64,000 nt of DNA, taken from an uncultured Gammaproteobacteria bacterium (lineage in GTDB: Bacteria; Patescibacteriota; Patescibacteriia; Patescibacteriales; UBA12465). The translations under genes were made by a program, and so were the position numbers. Location: positions 8,401-72,400 of the forward strand of contig CAYYDR010000002.1 of the NCBI GenBank assembly GCA_964470695.1, given 5' to 3'. Shown in pieces: positions 17,860-27,244 of the stretch; position 1 is the first letter of the stretch; every line of letters starts with the position of its first letter. The notes under the pieces were generated by a model that did no database searches, was not told the origin of the DNA, and was given only the letters and a program-made list of their open reading frames with translations.

Positions 17860-18411
17860 TTATAATTTAGTTAAAATTAATCCAAAATGGAATGGCCCAG
17901 CCACGAACTCTTCTTTAATATCTAAACCTATTTTTGGCGCCGCCGCCTTTAGAGAATCAAGATTTACTCTTTTTTCGGGGGTCGGCCCTAGAGGGGAGTC
18001 GGCATTCTTCCATTCAATAATAAGCATTTGGCCGCCTCGCTTCAACAAGCGGATTGCTTCGCGCAGTACTTCTATTTTTTTATCAGATTGATGCAAGACA
18101 TTTATGAGTAGCACATGATCTAGGCTACTAGTCTCTATCTTAGTGGCTTTAAATATCTCCAAGTTGCTCCAAACAGTGACGACTTGAGGGAGATTTTCTT
18201 TTTTTGATTCTTTCTTTATTTCCTCTAAAGTGCTTTTTAGAATATCAACCGCGTATACTTTTCCTTGTTTGCCGACTAGGCGCGCCAGAGGATAGACAAA
18301 GAAGCCAAAATTACCACAGCCCAAATCGGCTACATGCTGTCTTTCACCTAAGCCCATTTTACTTAAAATTGTGGCAATGTCAAATAGGGCAGTTCTTTTT
18401 ATTTCTGGCAT
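17860..18411 (-). CDS. class I SAM-dependent methyltransferase
   Basis: 183 aa. Motif I is VADLGCGNFGFF. A post-motif acidic residue and a LKRGGQMLIIEW motif are present. Confidence 0.7.
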   Translation of the reverse strand: MPEIKRTALFDIATILSKMGLGERQHVADLGCGNFGFFVYPLARLVGKQGKVYAVDILKSTLEEIKKESKKENLPQVVTVWSNLEIFKATKIETSSLDHVLLINVLHQSDKKIEVLREAIRLLKRGGQMLIIEWKNADSPLGPTPEKRVNLDSLKAAAPKIGLDIKEEFVAGPFHFGLILTKL

Positions 18412-18442
18412 ATATTTTGTTTAATGTTTTTGTAGTTTTAGA

Positions 18443-19102
18443 TTATTCAACAATCACTTGGCGGACAACCACCTGCTCCCGGCTATATTTTTTCTTAGCA
18501 CTGATAATAAGGCTATTTAAACCTTTTTTTAAGTTAATATCTTGAGAAAAATGTCCGCCGTGATTATTTAGAATAATGGTGTTATTTATCCTGACTTCGG
18601 CTTCTGGCTCAGTCTGCCCCGTAACGGTTATGACCAGAGATTTTACTAAAATATTTTTGGCTGGCTGGCTCACTAATAAATCAGGAGGGAAAATAATTTT
18701 TTTAAAGTAGGATATTAAATAAAGGAAACAGACAAGAACAGCGATAATTATTAGAGCGTTTCTAATAATCTTAGGAAATATAATAAATTTATTTTTTTTA
18801 ACAATTTTTTGCGAGAAGGGATCTTCGGTATCATTGTGAGGCAGACCTTCCTCTAGGCTTTTCATGATGTCGGTTAATTTAAAGCCGAGAAATGCGGCGT
18901 ACTCTTTAAGAAAATTTTTCCCGTATAGCCCGGTGGGTAATTTATCAAAGCGCTCCTCTTCTAGGGCAATTAAATATTCTGATCTGATGTTCAATTTTTT
19001 AGCAATATCCTCAATCTTTAAATTCTTGAAAAGGCGGGCTTGCCGTAATTTTTCTCCGGCCGTTTCCGCTAGAGGTAATTTTTTAGGGATGAATGGGGAC
19101 AT
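18443..19102 (-). CDS. RodZ-like HTH membrane protein
   Basis: 219 aa. N-terminal Xre/HTH_25-type helix-turn-helix (GEKLRQARLFKNLKIEDIAKKLNIRSEYLIALEE), a central TM helix and a C-terminal beta-rich domain. Confidence 0.6.
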   Translation of the reverse strand: MSPFIPKKLPLAETAGEKLRQARLFKNLKIEDIAKKLNIRSEYLIALEEERFDKLPTGLYGKNFLKEYAAFLGFKLTDIMKSLEEGLPHNDTEDPFSQKIVKKNKFIIFPKIIRNALIIIAVLVCFLYLISYFKKIIFPPDLLVSQPAKNILVKSLVITVTGQTEPEAEVRINNTIILNNHGGHFSQDINLKKGLNSLIISAKKKYSREQVVVRQVIVE

Positions 19103-19114
19103 TTAAGCTGGATT

Positions 19115-19615
19115 TTATTGGTTTGGTGCGGCTGGCTGGTCGGGCAACTGCTTTATCTTTATAGGCTGTTCATTGCTATCAAATGCTTCGCCATTCCAAT
19201 CTAGCCCAATTATTCCTAAGGAGGCTTTAATAATTAAGAAGCTGCCTAAAACTATTAATAATCCGATAATAGCCGCCACAAATATTTTTTTACCTTTTTG
19301 GACTTTCTCGCTAGATCCGCCGGATAGAAGCAGCTCCTGTCCGCCCATGATGAACATGAACAAGCATAATGAGCCAACTATGCCTAATATCCATCTAGCA
19401 ATATTAATTCCTAAACGGATAAAATCGTTAAGTTCGTAATTGCCGCAGTAAGTTCGGGGGTCCTGTTTTAGTTCGGCCGCTCTGTTTACGCAGTTAGCGT
19501 CGGCCGCCGCACCATGGGCGTCGGGCAGTATACCGGTAGATGCGGTTTGGGCCAAAGCAATATTACATATCAGTAATCCAAAAATGATGAGCGGGAAAAG
19601 GCTTTTTTTAAACAT
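19115..19615 (-). CDS. VirB2/TrbC-like small pilin-family protein, distal copy A7
   Basis: 166 aa. Signal peptide (..IALA|QT), exposed segment with two Cys, core GGQELLLSGGSSEKVQKGKKIFVAAIIGLLIVLGSFL that aligns gap-free with the array, plus a C-terminal tail of about 35 aa ending PDQPAAPNQ. Confidence 0.6.
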   Translation of the reverse strand: MFKKSLFPLIIFGLLICNIALAQTASTGILPDAHGAAADANCVNRAAELKQDPRTYCGNYELNDFIRLGINIARWILGIVGSLCLFMFIMGGQELLLSGGSSEKVQKGKKIFVAAIIGLLIVLGSFLIIKASLGIIGLDWNGEAFDSNEQPIKIKQLPDQPAAPNQ

Positions 19616-19629
19616 ATAATTTTTGTATA

Positions 19630-21009
19630 TTAATTAACAGTCTGTTGTACTTTAGAGGCGGCAGTATCAATAATGTCTTGTATTTTCTCGCCGGTATTTT
19701 TAACTACAATATCAATCATTTCTTTAAGAGCACTTTCGGCCGCTTGGACATTTTTACCTTTATACCAGCTTTTAGCGGTTAATACTTGGTCGGCAAAGAC
19801 GCCAATCTCATTGTCAGCTCTCTGGGTAGCTACTAGAGAGCGAAGAGCGGTTGGACGCTTGGTTTTTTCTAGATAACTTTTAACTTGTTCTTCTTTGGTA
19901 ATAAATTGGATAAAATCCCAGGCCTCGTCTTGGTGAGCGCTTTTTTTAGAAACGACTTCAACCCAGTAATTAGCAAAATTAATATTGGTCGGCGGGTTTC
20001 CTTCTATTTGGGGCATTTTAGCCACCGAAAAATTTAATTTTGGAGCCTGAGCCTTAATAGTAGCTAAATCATAGGAGTAACTAAACATTATTGCTAAGTT
20101 ACCGCTAATGAACATGCTTAAAGAATTTGGTAAATCACTATTCCAAGAATATGATTCCTTGGCGGGGTTAGAAAAATCGGTGTAAAAACGCAGAGCTTCT
20201 ATACCTGGGTTATAGTTGCTTTCTCGGCCAAATGGAGGGATTAGATTAAAAGCGACTTGTTTCCCGTCTGCCATCATAGTTGCTCCGTTTTGAGCCATTA
20301 AGACTGAGAGGATGTCACTGAAACGATTTATATTAGAACTACCGCCTAAGGCAACGCCAGCTTGGATTATTCCTTTTTTAGGATCTTGTTTAGTTAATTT
20401 CTTAATGTCTTGAAGGAATTCTTTATTCCAGTATTGAGGCGCCTGGCTAATCCCGGCATTATTAAATAAATCTTTATTATAGAACATCGCTAGGGTGTCT
20501 ACTGATAGAGGGAGGCCGTATATCTTTCCGTCGCTTAATATAACGTCATGGCTAACGGCATCAACAAAATTATCCTTTAATTCTTTCAAGGTTAAGCTAT
20601 TAGTCGTGCGCATTTCTAAAACCACTTCTTTCTTGACGGTTCCCTTGGCTACTGGGTAAACCATGCTGATAGTAGCCGGGATGGGGGCTAGTTTTGGCTG
20701 GTATTTTTCCATCCAAGTATTATGAATAGAAAATATATCCGGCCCGCGGTCTTCAGCTAAAGCATTTAAGAGTTCTGTTTCGTATTCTTCAAAACGAAGT
20801 TTGCGGTACTCAATAGTAATAAAGGGATGGATAGTCTTATATTTTGTAATAATATCCTGGAAAGCGTCTGGTCCATCAAAAACGCGCCAGTAGGTAATTT
20901 TGATGGGCTTCATGGCTTCTTGAGTTTTTTGGTCAGTCACTTTGCAGCCGAAACCGGAGCTTAATAAAAAAATGGCCAGCAGTAATAAAATACTTATTTT
21001 TTTAGACAT
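19630..21009 (-). CDS. ABC transporter substrate-binding lipoprotein (family 1, sugar-type)
   Basis: 459 aa. Lipobox LSSGFGC. Length and composition match extracellular solute-binding proteins. No permease or ATPase genes are adjacent. Confidence 0.65.
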   Translation of the reverse strand: MSKKISILLLLAIFLLSSGFGCKVTDQKTQEAMKPIKITYWRVFDGPDAFQDIITKYKTIHPFITIEYRKLRFEEYETELLNALAEDRGPDIFSIHNTWMEKYQPKLAPIPATISMVYPVAKGTVKKEVVLEMRTTNSLTLKELKDNFVDAVSHDVILSDGKIYGLPLSVDTLAMFYNKDLFNNAGISQAPQYWNKEFLQDIKKLTKQDPKKGIIQAGVALGGSSNINRFSDILSVLMAQNGATMMADGKQVAFNLIPPFGRESNYNPGIEALRFYTDFSNPAKESYSWNSDLPNSLSMFISGNLAIMFSYSYDLATIKAQAPKLNFSVAKMPQIEGNPPTNINFANYWVEVVSKKSAHQDEAWDFIQFITKEEQVKSYLEKTKRPTALRSLVATQRADNEIGVFADQVLTAKSWYKGKNVQAAESALKEMIDIVVKNTGEKIQDIIDTAASKVQQTVN

Positions 21010-21055
21010 ATTAGCTAATTATATTTTCAATTTCATTATAGCAAAAATGTGTTTA

Positions 21056-22570
21056 TTATTCCAATTTAGGGCGGTATTGTAGAGCTTCGCTGAGGTGAGA
21101 GGGGAGAATATTTTTTTCTGAGCCTAAATCAGCGATAGTGCGAGCTAATTTTATGATACGGAAACAGGCCCGAGCTGATAATTTTAGGCTATGGCTTGCT
21201 CTAGAAAGCAGATCAAGACAGGGCTGGTCTAAATAACAATATTTTTTTAATAGAGAGTTAGACATTTCAGAATTTGTGATAATCGGATGATTTTTAAAAC
21301 GTTCGGCTTGTTGGCGCCTAGCCCTCTCAACTCTTTTTTGTACAGTAGCGGAATTTTCGCTCGGCTCATCTCCAGTCAGATGGGCAAAATTTAAGCGTGG
21401 CACTTCTACGTGTAATTCTATTCTATCTAGCAGTGGTCCAGATAGGCGTCGCTTGTAGGCTGTAATTTGCCCAGCGCGGCAGGAACAGCGCGTTGATTTA
21501 TCGCTGGCATAACCACAGGGGCAGGGGTTCATGGCGGCCAGTAATATAAATTTGGCGGGAAAGCAAACGTGGTTAGCGGTACGGCTGATATTAATTTCCC
21601 CGTTTTCTAATGGTTGGCGTAAATTTTCTAGAACAGATCGGGAGAACTCAGGAAATTCATCTAGGAATAGGACGCCGCGGTGAGCTAGAGATATTTCTCC
21701 TGGTTGAGGCCAGGTGCCGCCGCCGATTAAAGAAATAGCCGAAGCACTGTGATGGGGCGATCTAAATGGCCGGTCAGAGATTAATTGTTCATTTCCGTTA
21801 AATTTTCCAGCTACGCTATATATTTGGGTCACCTCTAGTCGCTCCTCAAAACTAAGGGTGGGCAGAATATTAGGCATTGCTTTAGCTAGTAATGTTTTGC
21901 CAGAGCCGGGCGGACCATATAAGAGCAGGTTGTGGCCGCCAGCCGCGCTTATTTCTAAAGCCCGTTTAGCCTTGGCTTGTCCTTTAATATCTGATAAATC
22001 AGTATAAGATCTGACTCTAGTTTTTGCTACATGGTAATTATGGCCCGGATCAGCTAGTTGCCCCTGTTTTAAATATTTTATCAACTCCGATAAATTATGA
22101 AGAGAAAATATTTTTAGTCCTTTGACTAGGCTAGCTTCAGCGGCATTTTGGCTGGGCAGGAAAATATTTTTTAAGCCGGCTTTTTTCGCGGCTAAAGACA
22201 TAGATAGGGCGCCATTTACCGGCCTTACCTCGCCTTGTAGAGATAACTCACCGAAAATCAGACATTCAGATAGGTTCGTAAAAAATTTATTTTTTAAAGC
22301 TAGAATGCTAATAGCGATAGGCAAGTCATAAGCTGAACCATGTTTTTTTAATCCGGCCGGAGCAAGATTAACGGTAATTTTGCGACGGGGAAATTCCAGG
22401 CCGCAATTTCGTAAGGCGCTTTTGACCCTTTCCTTTGCTTCCGACAAAGCGGCGTCAGGCAATCCAACTATGGAGATCTGCCCAAAGTCGCCGCCGCCCG
22501 CGTCCGCCTCTACGGTGACAATGACAGCCTCTAGGCCGTTGAGAGCGGCCGTCCATACTTTAGTAGCCAT
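21056..22570 (-). CDS. comM: YifB/ComM family Mg-chelatase-like AAA+ ATPase
   Basis: 504 aa. N-terminal Lon-like domain, Walker A GPPGSGKT, Walker B VLFLDEFPEF, and a C-terminal ChlI-like helical domain. Confidence 0.85.
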   Translation of the reverse strand: MATKVWTAALNGLEAVIVTVEADAGGGDFGQISIVGLPDAALSEAKERVKSALRNCGLEFPRRKITVNLAPAGLKKHGSAYDLPIAISILALKNKFFTNLSECLIFGELSLQGEVRPVNGALSMSLAAKKAGLKNIFLPSQNAAEASLVKGLKIFSLHNLSELIKYLKQGQLADPGHNYHVAKTRVRSYTDLSDIKGQAKAKRALEISAAGGHNLLLYGPPGSGKTLLAKAMPNILPTLSFEERLEVTQIYSVAGKFNGNEQLISDRPFRSPHHSASAISLIGGGTWPQPGEISLAHRGVLFLDEFPEFSRSVLENLRQPLENGEINISRTANHVCFPAKFILLAAMNPCPCGYASDKSTRCSCRAGQITAYKRRLSGPLLDRIELHVEVPRLNFAHLTGDEPSENSATVQKRVERARRQQAERFKNHPIITNSEMSNSLLKKYCYLDQPCLDLLSRASHSLKLSARACFRIIKLARTIADLGSEKNILPSHLSEALQYRPKLE

Positions 22571-22590
22571 ACCATTAAATATAAAATAAT

Positions 22591-22620
22591 AAAAACTAGC
22601 CCTGAGAGCTAGTTTTTATT
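22591..22620. terminator. terminator after smc
   Basis: AAAAACTAGC-cctgaga-GCTAGTTTTT. Confidence 0.6.
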
Positions 22621-22669
22621 TTAGTTTATTTGGTATGAAATAAATTTAAATTTTTTTTAAAGAATTACT

Positions 22670-25600
22670 TTATTTTTTTAGTTCATCTAATTTTACACTT
22701 AGTAATTTACTGACTCCGTCTGATTCCATCGTTACCCCATATAAGATACTGGCCTTGCGCATGCAGGCGCGATTATGAGTAATAACAATGAACTGGGTCT
22801 TATTGGACAAATCATCCAATATTTTAGCTAGACGTTCGGAATTAGCTTCATCAAGAGCCGCGTCTACCTCATCTAAAACCACAAAAGGAGAGGGATTAGC
22901 GCTGATAATGGCGCAAATAAGGGCAATGGCCGTTAAAGCTCTTTCTCCGCCCGATAACATGGTTACTGTTTGAATCTTTTTCCCGGGCGGGGTGGCTTGG
23001 ATTTCTATCCCCGCTAGTCCGACGGCATTATGCTTCTTGAGGAATTTTATCTTTTTTAACTTCTCGTCCATAGCGGTTTTAATCGCCACTTCGGCCGGGG
23101 TTAATCCGCTAGTCGCTTCAGTCCCGTTATTATTCTGATTATTTTTAGCTTCTTCAGTTTCCAAGTCATCAACCATTAGTTTGGATATTTTGGCTGTCCC
23201 GCCATTAAAAAGAATCTTGAAATAGTCGTTGAATTTTTCGGAAATAACCCTAAATTCAGCGTCAAAACGATTTTTAATGTTTAAGTCTAATTCGTAAATT
23301 ATTTCTTCCAGAGACTTAATGGCTTTATCTAGATCTTCAGTCTGGCCGCTTAAGAAATCGTAGCGCTCCTTTGTCTCTTGATATTCTTTTTCCGCTTCCG
23401 GATCAATCCCGCCTATTTGTTCTAGTTGGCTCTTATTAGTATTAATGTGTTTTGATAAGCGATCTATGTCTAAATTGTTTTCGCTGGGCTGATAATTTTT
23501 AATATCAAGGACATTTAACTCTTCATTGCGGATGTTAGTCTCTAGATCCTCTAGTCTGGTTTCTTGTCTGGTTGCTTCTATCTTTAAATTATTTATTTCT
23601 GACAGAACGTCATTCAGCTCTTGTTGCAAGGCTTGAATATTTTTTTGGATGGAGAACATCTGGGCTTTTTCCGCCTCTTTGGCCTGGCTAAGCTCATCTA
23701 AGGATTTTTCTAAAGTTTTTATCTCTTCGTTAAGAGGGGCGATTTTTTGGTTAATAGCTTTTTTTTCATTTTCAATCTGGCCGGCGTCAAATTTAATTTG
23801 GCTCTTGGCGATTTTTCCCTGTATACTATTTATTTCATTTTCGGTCTGGATTTTTTTAGCTTGTAATAATCGTAATCTCTCGCTGATAGTAGAAGTCTTT
23901 AGCCGTAAATCTTGAAGCCGGGATAATAAAAGTTGTTTTTTATCATTTAGTTCTGTTGAGGAGTCTTCCTTGGCTAGCAAGCCAATTTCTTTATCCAGGG
24001 CACTGATTTTTTTGTTGATTTGTAATTTTTCCTCCTCAATTTTACTAGCGTCAAACTTAACTTGTGCTTTCTCTAGTTTAACCTTAATATCTTTGAGTTC
24101 GCGAGTAATTTGAATTTCCTTATCTTCCGATAGCCTTAGTCTCTCGCTGATAGTAGAGAGGCGTAAGCGCTCTTCATTTAAGCGATTATTTATTTCTTGT
24201 CTTTCCTCGGTTAGGCGGATTATTTCTTCCTGAATAGATTTTATTTTAGCTAGCTCGTCTTGGTTTCCGCCGGCCATTAATATTTCTATTTTATCTTTAA
24301 ATTCCTTCTTGGCCTCCGCGATAATTTTTTTAATTTTATTCAGGTCATTTTCCCCTTGGGCCGCTTCAAGCTTAGTTAAGAATTCATCAACTAGTTGGCT
24401 TAATTGTTCAGTTTGGCTGCCCGCTGCTCCGGCCTTCTTTAAATTTTTATTAATTATTTCAATTTCTTGATTAAGCTCTCTCAGCCTTTGGTTTAAGGAG
24501 TCAAATTTATTCTCTAAAATTTTTCTTTCTTGCGGATTGCTAGCCAGACGCAAGTCGTCTAATTCTTTAGTTAATTTAGCCAGCTCCATTGTTAATTCTT
24601 CCTGCTTGTTATTAAGCCAAGAAACATCAAATTGCCCTTGTACTTCTAGATTTACTTCTAAAATGGCTTCTAATTTAGAAATCTGCTTCAGGTATTGTCC
24701 TTTCTCTTCTTCTAAGCGGTTAACCTGTCTCTTGATATCAAAAGCCTTTTCTAATTCTTTATTTATTATGCTTAATTCGGCGCGTAATTCGTCTTCCTCA
24801 TGGCTGGATTGATTCTTGTTGAGAGACTCTATTTCCAAATTAAGATTATCTAACTCGGTTGTCAGCTCGCCTTGCTTGTTATTAAGCCAAGAAACGTCAA
24901 ATTGCCCCTGAGCTTCTAATTGGACCTCCAGCTCCGCCTGTAATTTAGCTAGCTGTTTTAGATATTGATTTCTTTGATTTTCTAATTCTCTTAACCGCGG
25001 TTGCAATTCGTTTATTTTCTGGGAGTTGTCGGTTGTGCGGATTTTATTTAAGTCATCATTAAGTTTATTTAACTTTTTTTCGCGTTCTATTTTTATTTTT
25101 TCATTTTCTAGAAAACGCTGGTTAGCGGTTTCTAACTTACGATTAATATCCTGCCAGAGGAAACCATAATATTCTAACTGATCTTGGCGCAGCGCTGTTT
25201 CAATTTCTCCTCGTTTCTTTAATTTTTCCACTTGTCTAGTCAGACTTTTTAGACGCGGTTTTATTTCGGAGAGAAGCATGTCTACCTGTTGCAAGTTTTC
25301 GTAGCTATTTTCTAGCTTGTTCAAGGCAGAGTCTCTTTTAATTTGGAATTGTTTAACCCCAGTCGCTTCGTCAAAGAAATCTTTGCGTTCGGCCGCTGAA
25401 GAGCTTAAAAAATTTTCTACCATCCCCTGGCCGATAACACTATAGGTTTTTTGTCCGAAATTGGCTTTAGCGAGCAGCATTTGAATATCAGCCAGGCGAA
25501 CGCGGCTGCCGTTCAATAAATATTCGCTATCGCCGTTCCTATATAATCGCCGGGTAATTAATATTTCCGGACAGCTCAAAATTATTTGGTCTAAGTCGCT

Positions 25601-25930
25601 TTCTTTTTCAATTGCCTCAGGCTGAGCCGCTTTATTTTTAGCGGCCTCTGCATTATTAAGATATAAAGAAACCTCGGCCAGGCTGAGTTGGTTTTTTTGA
25701 TCGGAACCAGAAAAAATGACATCTTCACTTTTTTTGCCACGCAGAGTTTTTAGACTTTGTTCCCCAAGTGCCCAGCGGACCGCATCGGCTACGTTGGACT
25801 TGCCTGAGCCGTTAGGACCGACAATGGCGGTTAGGCCTCTTTTTTGGCCATCAAGCAGGCCGGAGAATATAAGTTTGTTTTTATTAGCAAATGATTTAAA
25901 CCCTTGGACTTCCAGTTTCTCTAAATACAT
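22670..25930 (-). CDS. smc: SMC-family chromosome segregation ATPase, apparently hinge-less
   Basis: 1086 aa. Canonical N-head (FKSFA, GPNGSGKSN, DAVRWALGEQS) and C-head (LSGGERALTAIAL signature, FVVLDEVDAALD Walker B). Residues ~190-900 are continuous heptad-like sequence with no globular hinge motif. Confidence 0.85.
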   Translation of the reverse strand: MYLEKLEVQGFKSFANKNKLIFSGLLDGQKRGLTAIVGPNGSGKSNVADAVRWALGEQSLKTLRGKKSEDVIFSGSDQKNQLSLAEVSLYLNNAEAAKNKAAQPEAIEKESDLDQIILSCPEILITRRLYRNGDSEYLLNGSRVRLADIQMLLAKANFGQKTYSVIGQGMVENFLSSSAAERKDFFDEATGVKQFQIKRDSALNKLENSYENLQQVDMLLSEIKPRLKSLTRQVEKLKKRGEIETALRQDQLEYYGFLWQDINRKLETANQRFLENEKIKIEREKKLNKLNDDLNKIRTTDNSQKINELQPRLRELENQRNQYLKQLAKLQAELEVQLEAQGQFDVSWLNNKQGELTTELDNLNLEIESLNKNQSSHEEDELRAELSIINKELEKAFDIKRQVNRLEEEKGQYLKQISKLEAILEVNLEVQGQFDVSWLNNKQEELTMELAKLTKELDDLRLASNPQERKILENKFDSLNQRLRELNQEIEIINKNLKKAGAAGSQTEQLSQLVDEFLTKLEAAQGENDLNKIKKIIAEAKKEFKDKIEILMAGGNQDELAKIKSIQEEIIRLTEERQEINNRLNEERLRLSTISERLRLSEDKEIQITRELKDIKVKLEKAQVKFDASKIEEEKLQINKKISALDKEIGLLAKEDSSTELNDKKQLLLSRLQDLRLKTSTISERLRLLQAKKIQTENEINSIQGKIAKSQIKFDAGQIENEKKAINQKIAPLNEEIKTLEKSLDELSQAKEAEKAQMFSIQKNIQALQQELNDVLSEINNLKIEATRQETRLEDLETNIRNEELNVLDIKNYQPSENNLDIDRLSKHINTNKSQLEQIGGIDPEAEKEYQETKERYDFLSGQTEDLDKAIKSLEEIIYELDLNIKNRFDAEFRVISEKFNDYFKILFNGGTAKISKLMVDDLETEEAKNNQNNNGTEATSGLTPAEVAIKTAMDEKLKKIKFLKKHNAVGLAGIEIQATPPGKKIQTVTMLSGGERALTAIALICAIISANPSPFVVLDEVDAALDEANSERLAKILDDLSNKTQFIVITHNRACMRKASILYGVTMESDGVSKLLSVKLDELKK
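23651..24169 (-). repeat. in-frame tandem duplication (about 88 codons x2) in the C-proximal SMC coiled-coil arm
   Basis: Residues ~588-676 and ~675-760. STISERLRLSEDKEIQITRELKDIKVKLEKAQVKFDASKIEEEKLQINKKISALDKEI against STISERLRLLQAKKIQTENEINSIQGKIAKSQIKFDAGQIENEKKAINQKIAPLNEEI. TCTCTCGCTGATAGTAGA occurs at 23876 and 24140 (offset 264 nt). Confidence 0.85.
24461..25003 (-). repeat. in-frame tandem duplication (90 codons x2) in the N-proximal SMC coiled-coil arm
   Basis: Residues ~310-399 and ~400-489. For example, QYLKQLAKLQAELEVQLEAQGQFDVSWLNNKQGELTTEL against QYLKQISKLEAILEVNLEVQGQFDVSWLNNKQEELTMEL. At DNA level 24601-24640 and 24871-24910 differ at only a few positions, offset 270 nt. 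Confidence 0.85.
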
Positions 25931-26051
25931 AGATGATTGACTATTAGCGTTTCAGATAAAGCGCCTTTAAGGCGCTTACGCTATTCTTTTTAATTTTTTA
26001 AAAATGGTTTATGATATCAGTATACAAAAAATTGATTACAAAAGCTATATT

Positions 26052-26621
26052 ATGATTATATCTTTCAGTGGAGCCCCAGGATCGGGCAAAAGCACTATCG
26101 CCCAGATGTTAGCCGATAAATTAGGCTGGCCGCGTTATTATATGGGTAATATATGGCGCCAAATGGCCAAGGAGAAGGGCGTTGATGTGGCCGCTTTTAG
26201 TAAATTAAACGAAGATGATCCTTATAATGATAAGGAGGTTGACGAATATCAGAGGAAACTAGGCAAAGAAAAGGATAATTTTGTAATTGAGGGCAGAACT
26301 TCCTGGTATTTTATTCCCCATTCCCTCAAGATTTATTTGGATGTTGATAAGGAAGAGGGCGCTAAAAGGATCTTTTCTAGTTTGCAGAAGGGAAATTCTA
26401 GAAATGAAGCTCATAATTTGTCAAGTTGGCAGGAATTAGTAGTTAATACACAGGAAAGAGTCGTTAGCGATGATTCACGCTATTTTAAATATTATGGTAT
26501 TCATGTCTTTGATCAGACTAACTATGATTTTTGCCTAAATACGACAAATTTAAGCCCACAACAGGTTTTTGATAAAGTTTATGAGTGGGTAGCGGCACAT
26601 CTTGACAATACAAAAAATTAA
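26052..26621 (+). CDS. cytidylate kinase-like P-loop kinase (archaeal-type Cmk family)
   Basis: The P-loop [11 protein letters not shown] lies directly after the ATG at 26052. The track ORF starts 16 codons earlier at 26004. The pattern G-x-IWRxMAKEKG...VIEGR...IYLD resembles TIGR02173-type (d)CMP kinases. Confidence 0.6.
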   Translation: MIISFSGAPGSGKSTIAQMLADKLGWPRYYMGNIWRQMAKEKGVDVAAFSKLNEDDPYNDKEVDEYQRKLGKEKDNFVIEGRTSWYFIPHSLKIYLDVDKEEGAKRIFSSLQKGNSRNEAHNLSSWQELVVNTQERVVSDDSRYFKYYGIHVFDQTNYDFCLNTTNLSPQQVFDKVYEWVAAHLDNTKN

Positions 26622-26704
26622 TTATAATATTAGACAAGATTTGCCTTATTAATAAGCATTTTTTAAAAACGAGATTTAAGATCTCGTTTATAATATTTAA
26701 CCAT

Positions 26705-27031
26705 ATGGTTGAGACCAAATTAGACCTTAAACCGGGAATGACTGTCCGGGTCCATCAAAAAATTAAAGAATTAAACTCCAAGGGTGAAGAAAAGGAGAGA
26801 ATTCAGTATTTTGAAGGGATGATAATTGCTCGCAAGCACAATAAAGAGACTGGCGCGACTATTACTGTTCGTAAAGTTTCTGAGGGCATTGGAGTGGAGA
26901 AAATTTTTCCTTTGAATCTGCCTACTATTACTAAAATTGAAATTAAAAAACAGGCAGAGGTTAAACGGGCTAAATTATATTTCTTGCGCGACGGCTATAA
27001 GAAAAAGTTAAAAGAAAAAGTCGTCAAATAA
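26705..27031 (+). CDS. rplS: 50S ribosomal protein L19
   Basis: 108 aa. [12 protein letters not shown]...[14 protein letters not shown]...[28 protein letters not shown] is the L19 pattern. Confidence 0.9.
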   Translation: MVETKLDLKPGMTVRVHQKIKELNSKGEEKERIQYFEGMIIARKHNKETGATITVRKVSEGIGVEKIFPLNLPTITKIEIKKQAEVKRAKLYFLRDGYKKKLKEKVVK

Positions 27032-27049
27032 TTGACGATTTTTTTCGTC

Positions 27050-27136
27050 GGGCGAATGGTGAAATTGGTAGACACGCAAGCTTGAGGGGCTTGTGGCCGC
27101 AAGGCTGTGGAGGTTCAAATCCTCTTTCGCCCACCA
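27050..27136 (+). tRNA. tRNA-Leu(GAG)
   Basis: Acceptor GGGCGAA/TTCGCCC, anticodon stem CAAGC/GCTTG with loop TTGAGGG (anticodon GAG), long variable arm. It is the only tRNA here with a genomically encoded CCA. Confidence 0.9.
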
Positions 27137-27170
27137 TTCATAGAAAAAGTTTCGGCGTCATGCCGACATC

Positions 27171-27244
27171 GGGCGCATAGCTCAGCTGGTTAGAGCACTT
27201 CGTTTACACCGAAGGGGTCCAGGGTTCGAATCCTTGTGCGCCCA
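27171..27244 (+). tRNA. tRNA-Val(UAC)
   Basis: GGGCGCATAGCTCAGCTGGTTAGAGC..., anticodon stem CTTCG/CGAAG with loop TTTACAC (anticodon TAC), T arm CAGGGTTCGAATCCTTG. Confidence 0.9.

Noticed and set aside
23651-25003. Repeated DNA inside smc considered as a CRISPR-like or tandem non-coding repeat
   Set aside because: The repeats are in frame, 264-270 nt long, present as two copies each, and encode coiled-coil sequence. They are a gene-internal duplication, not a spacer-repeat array.
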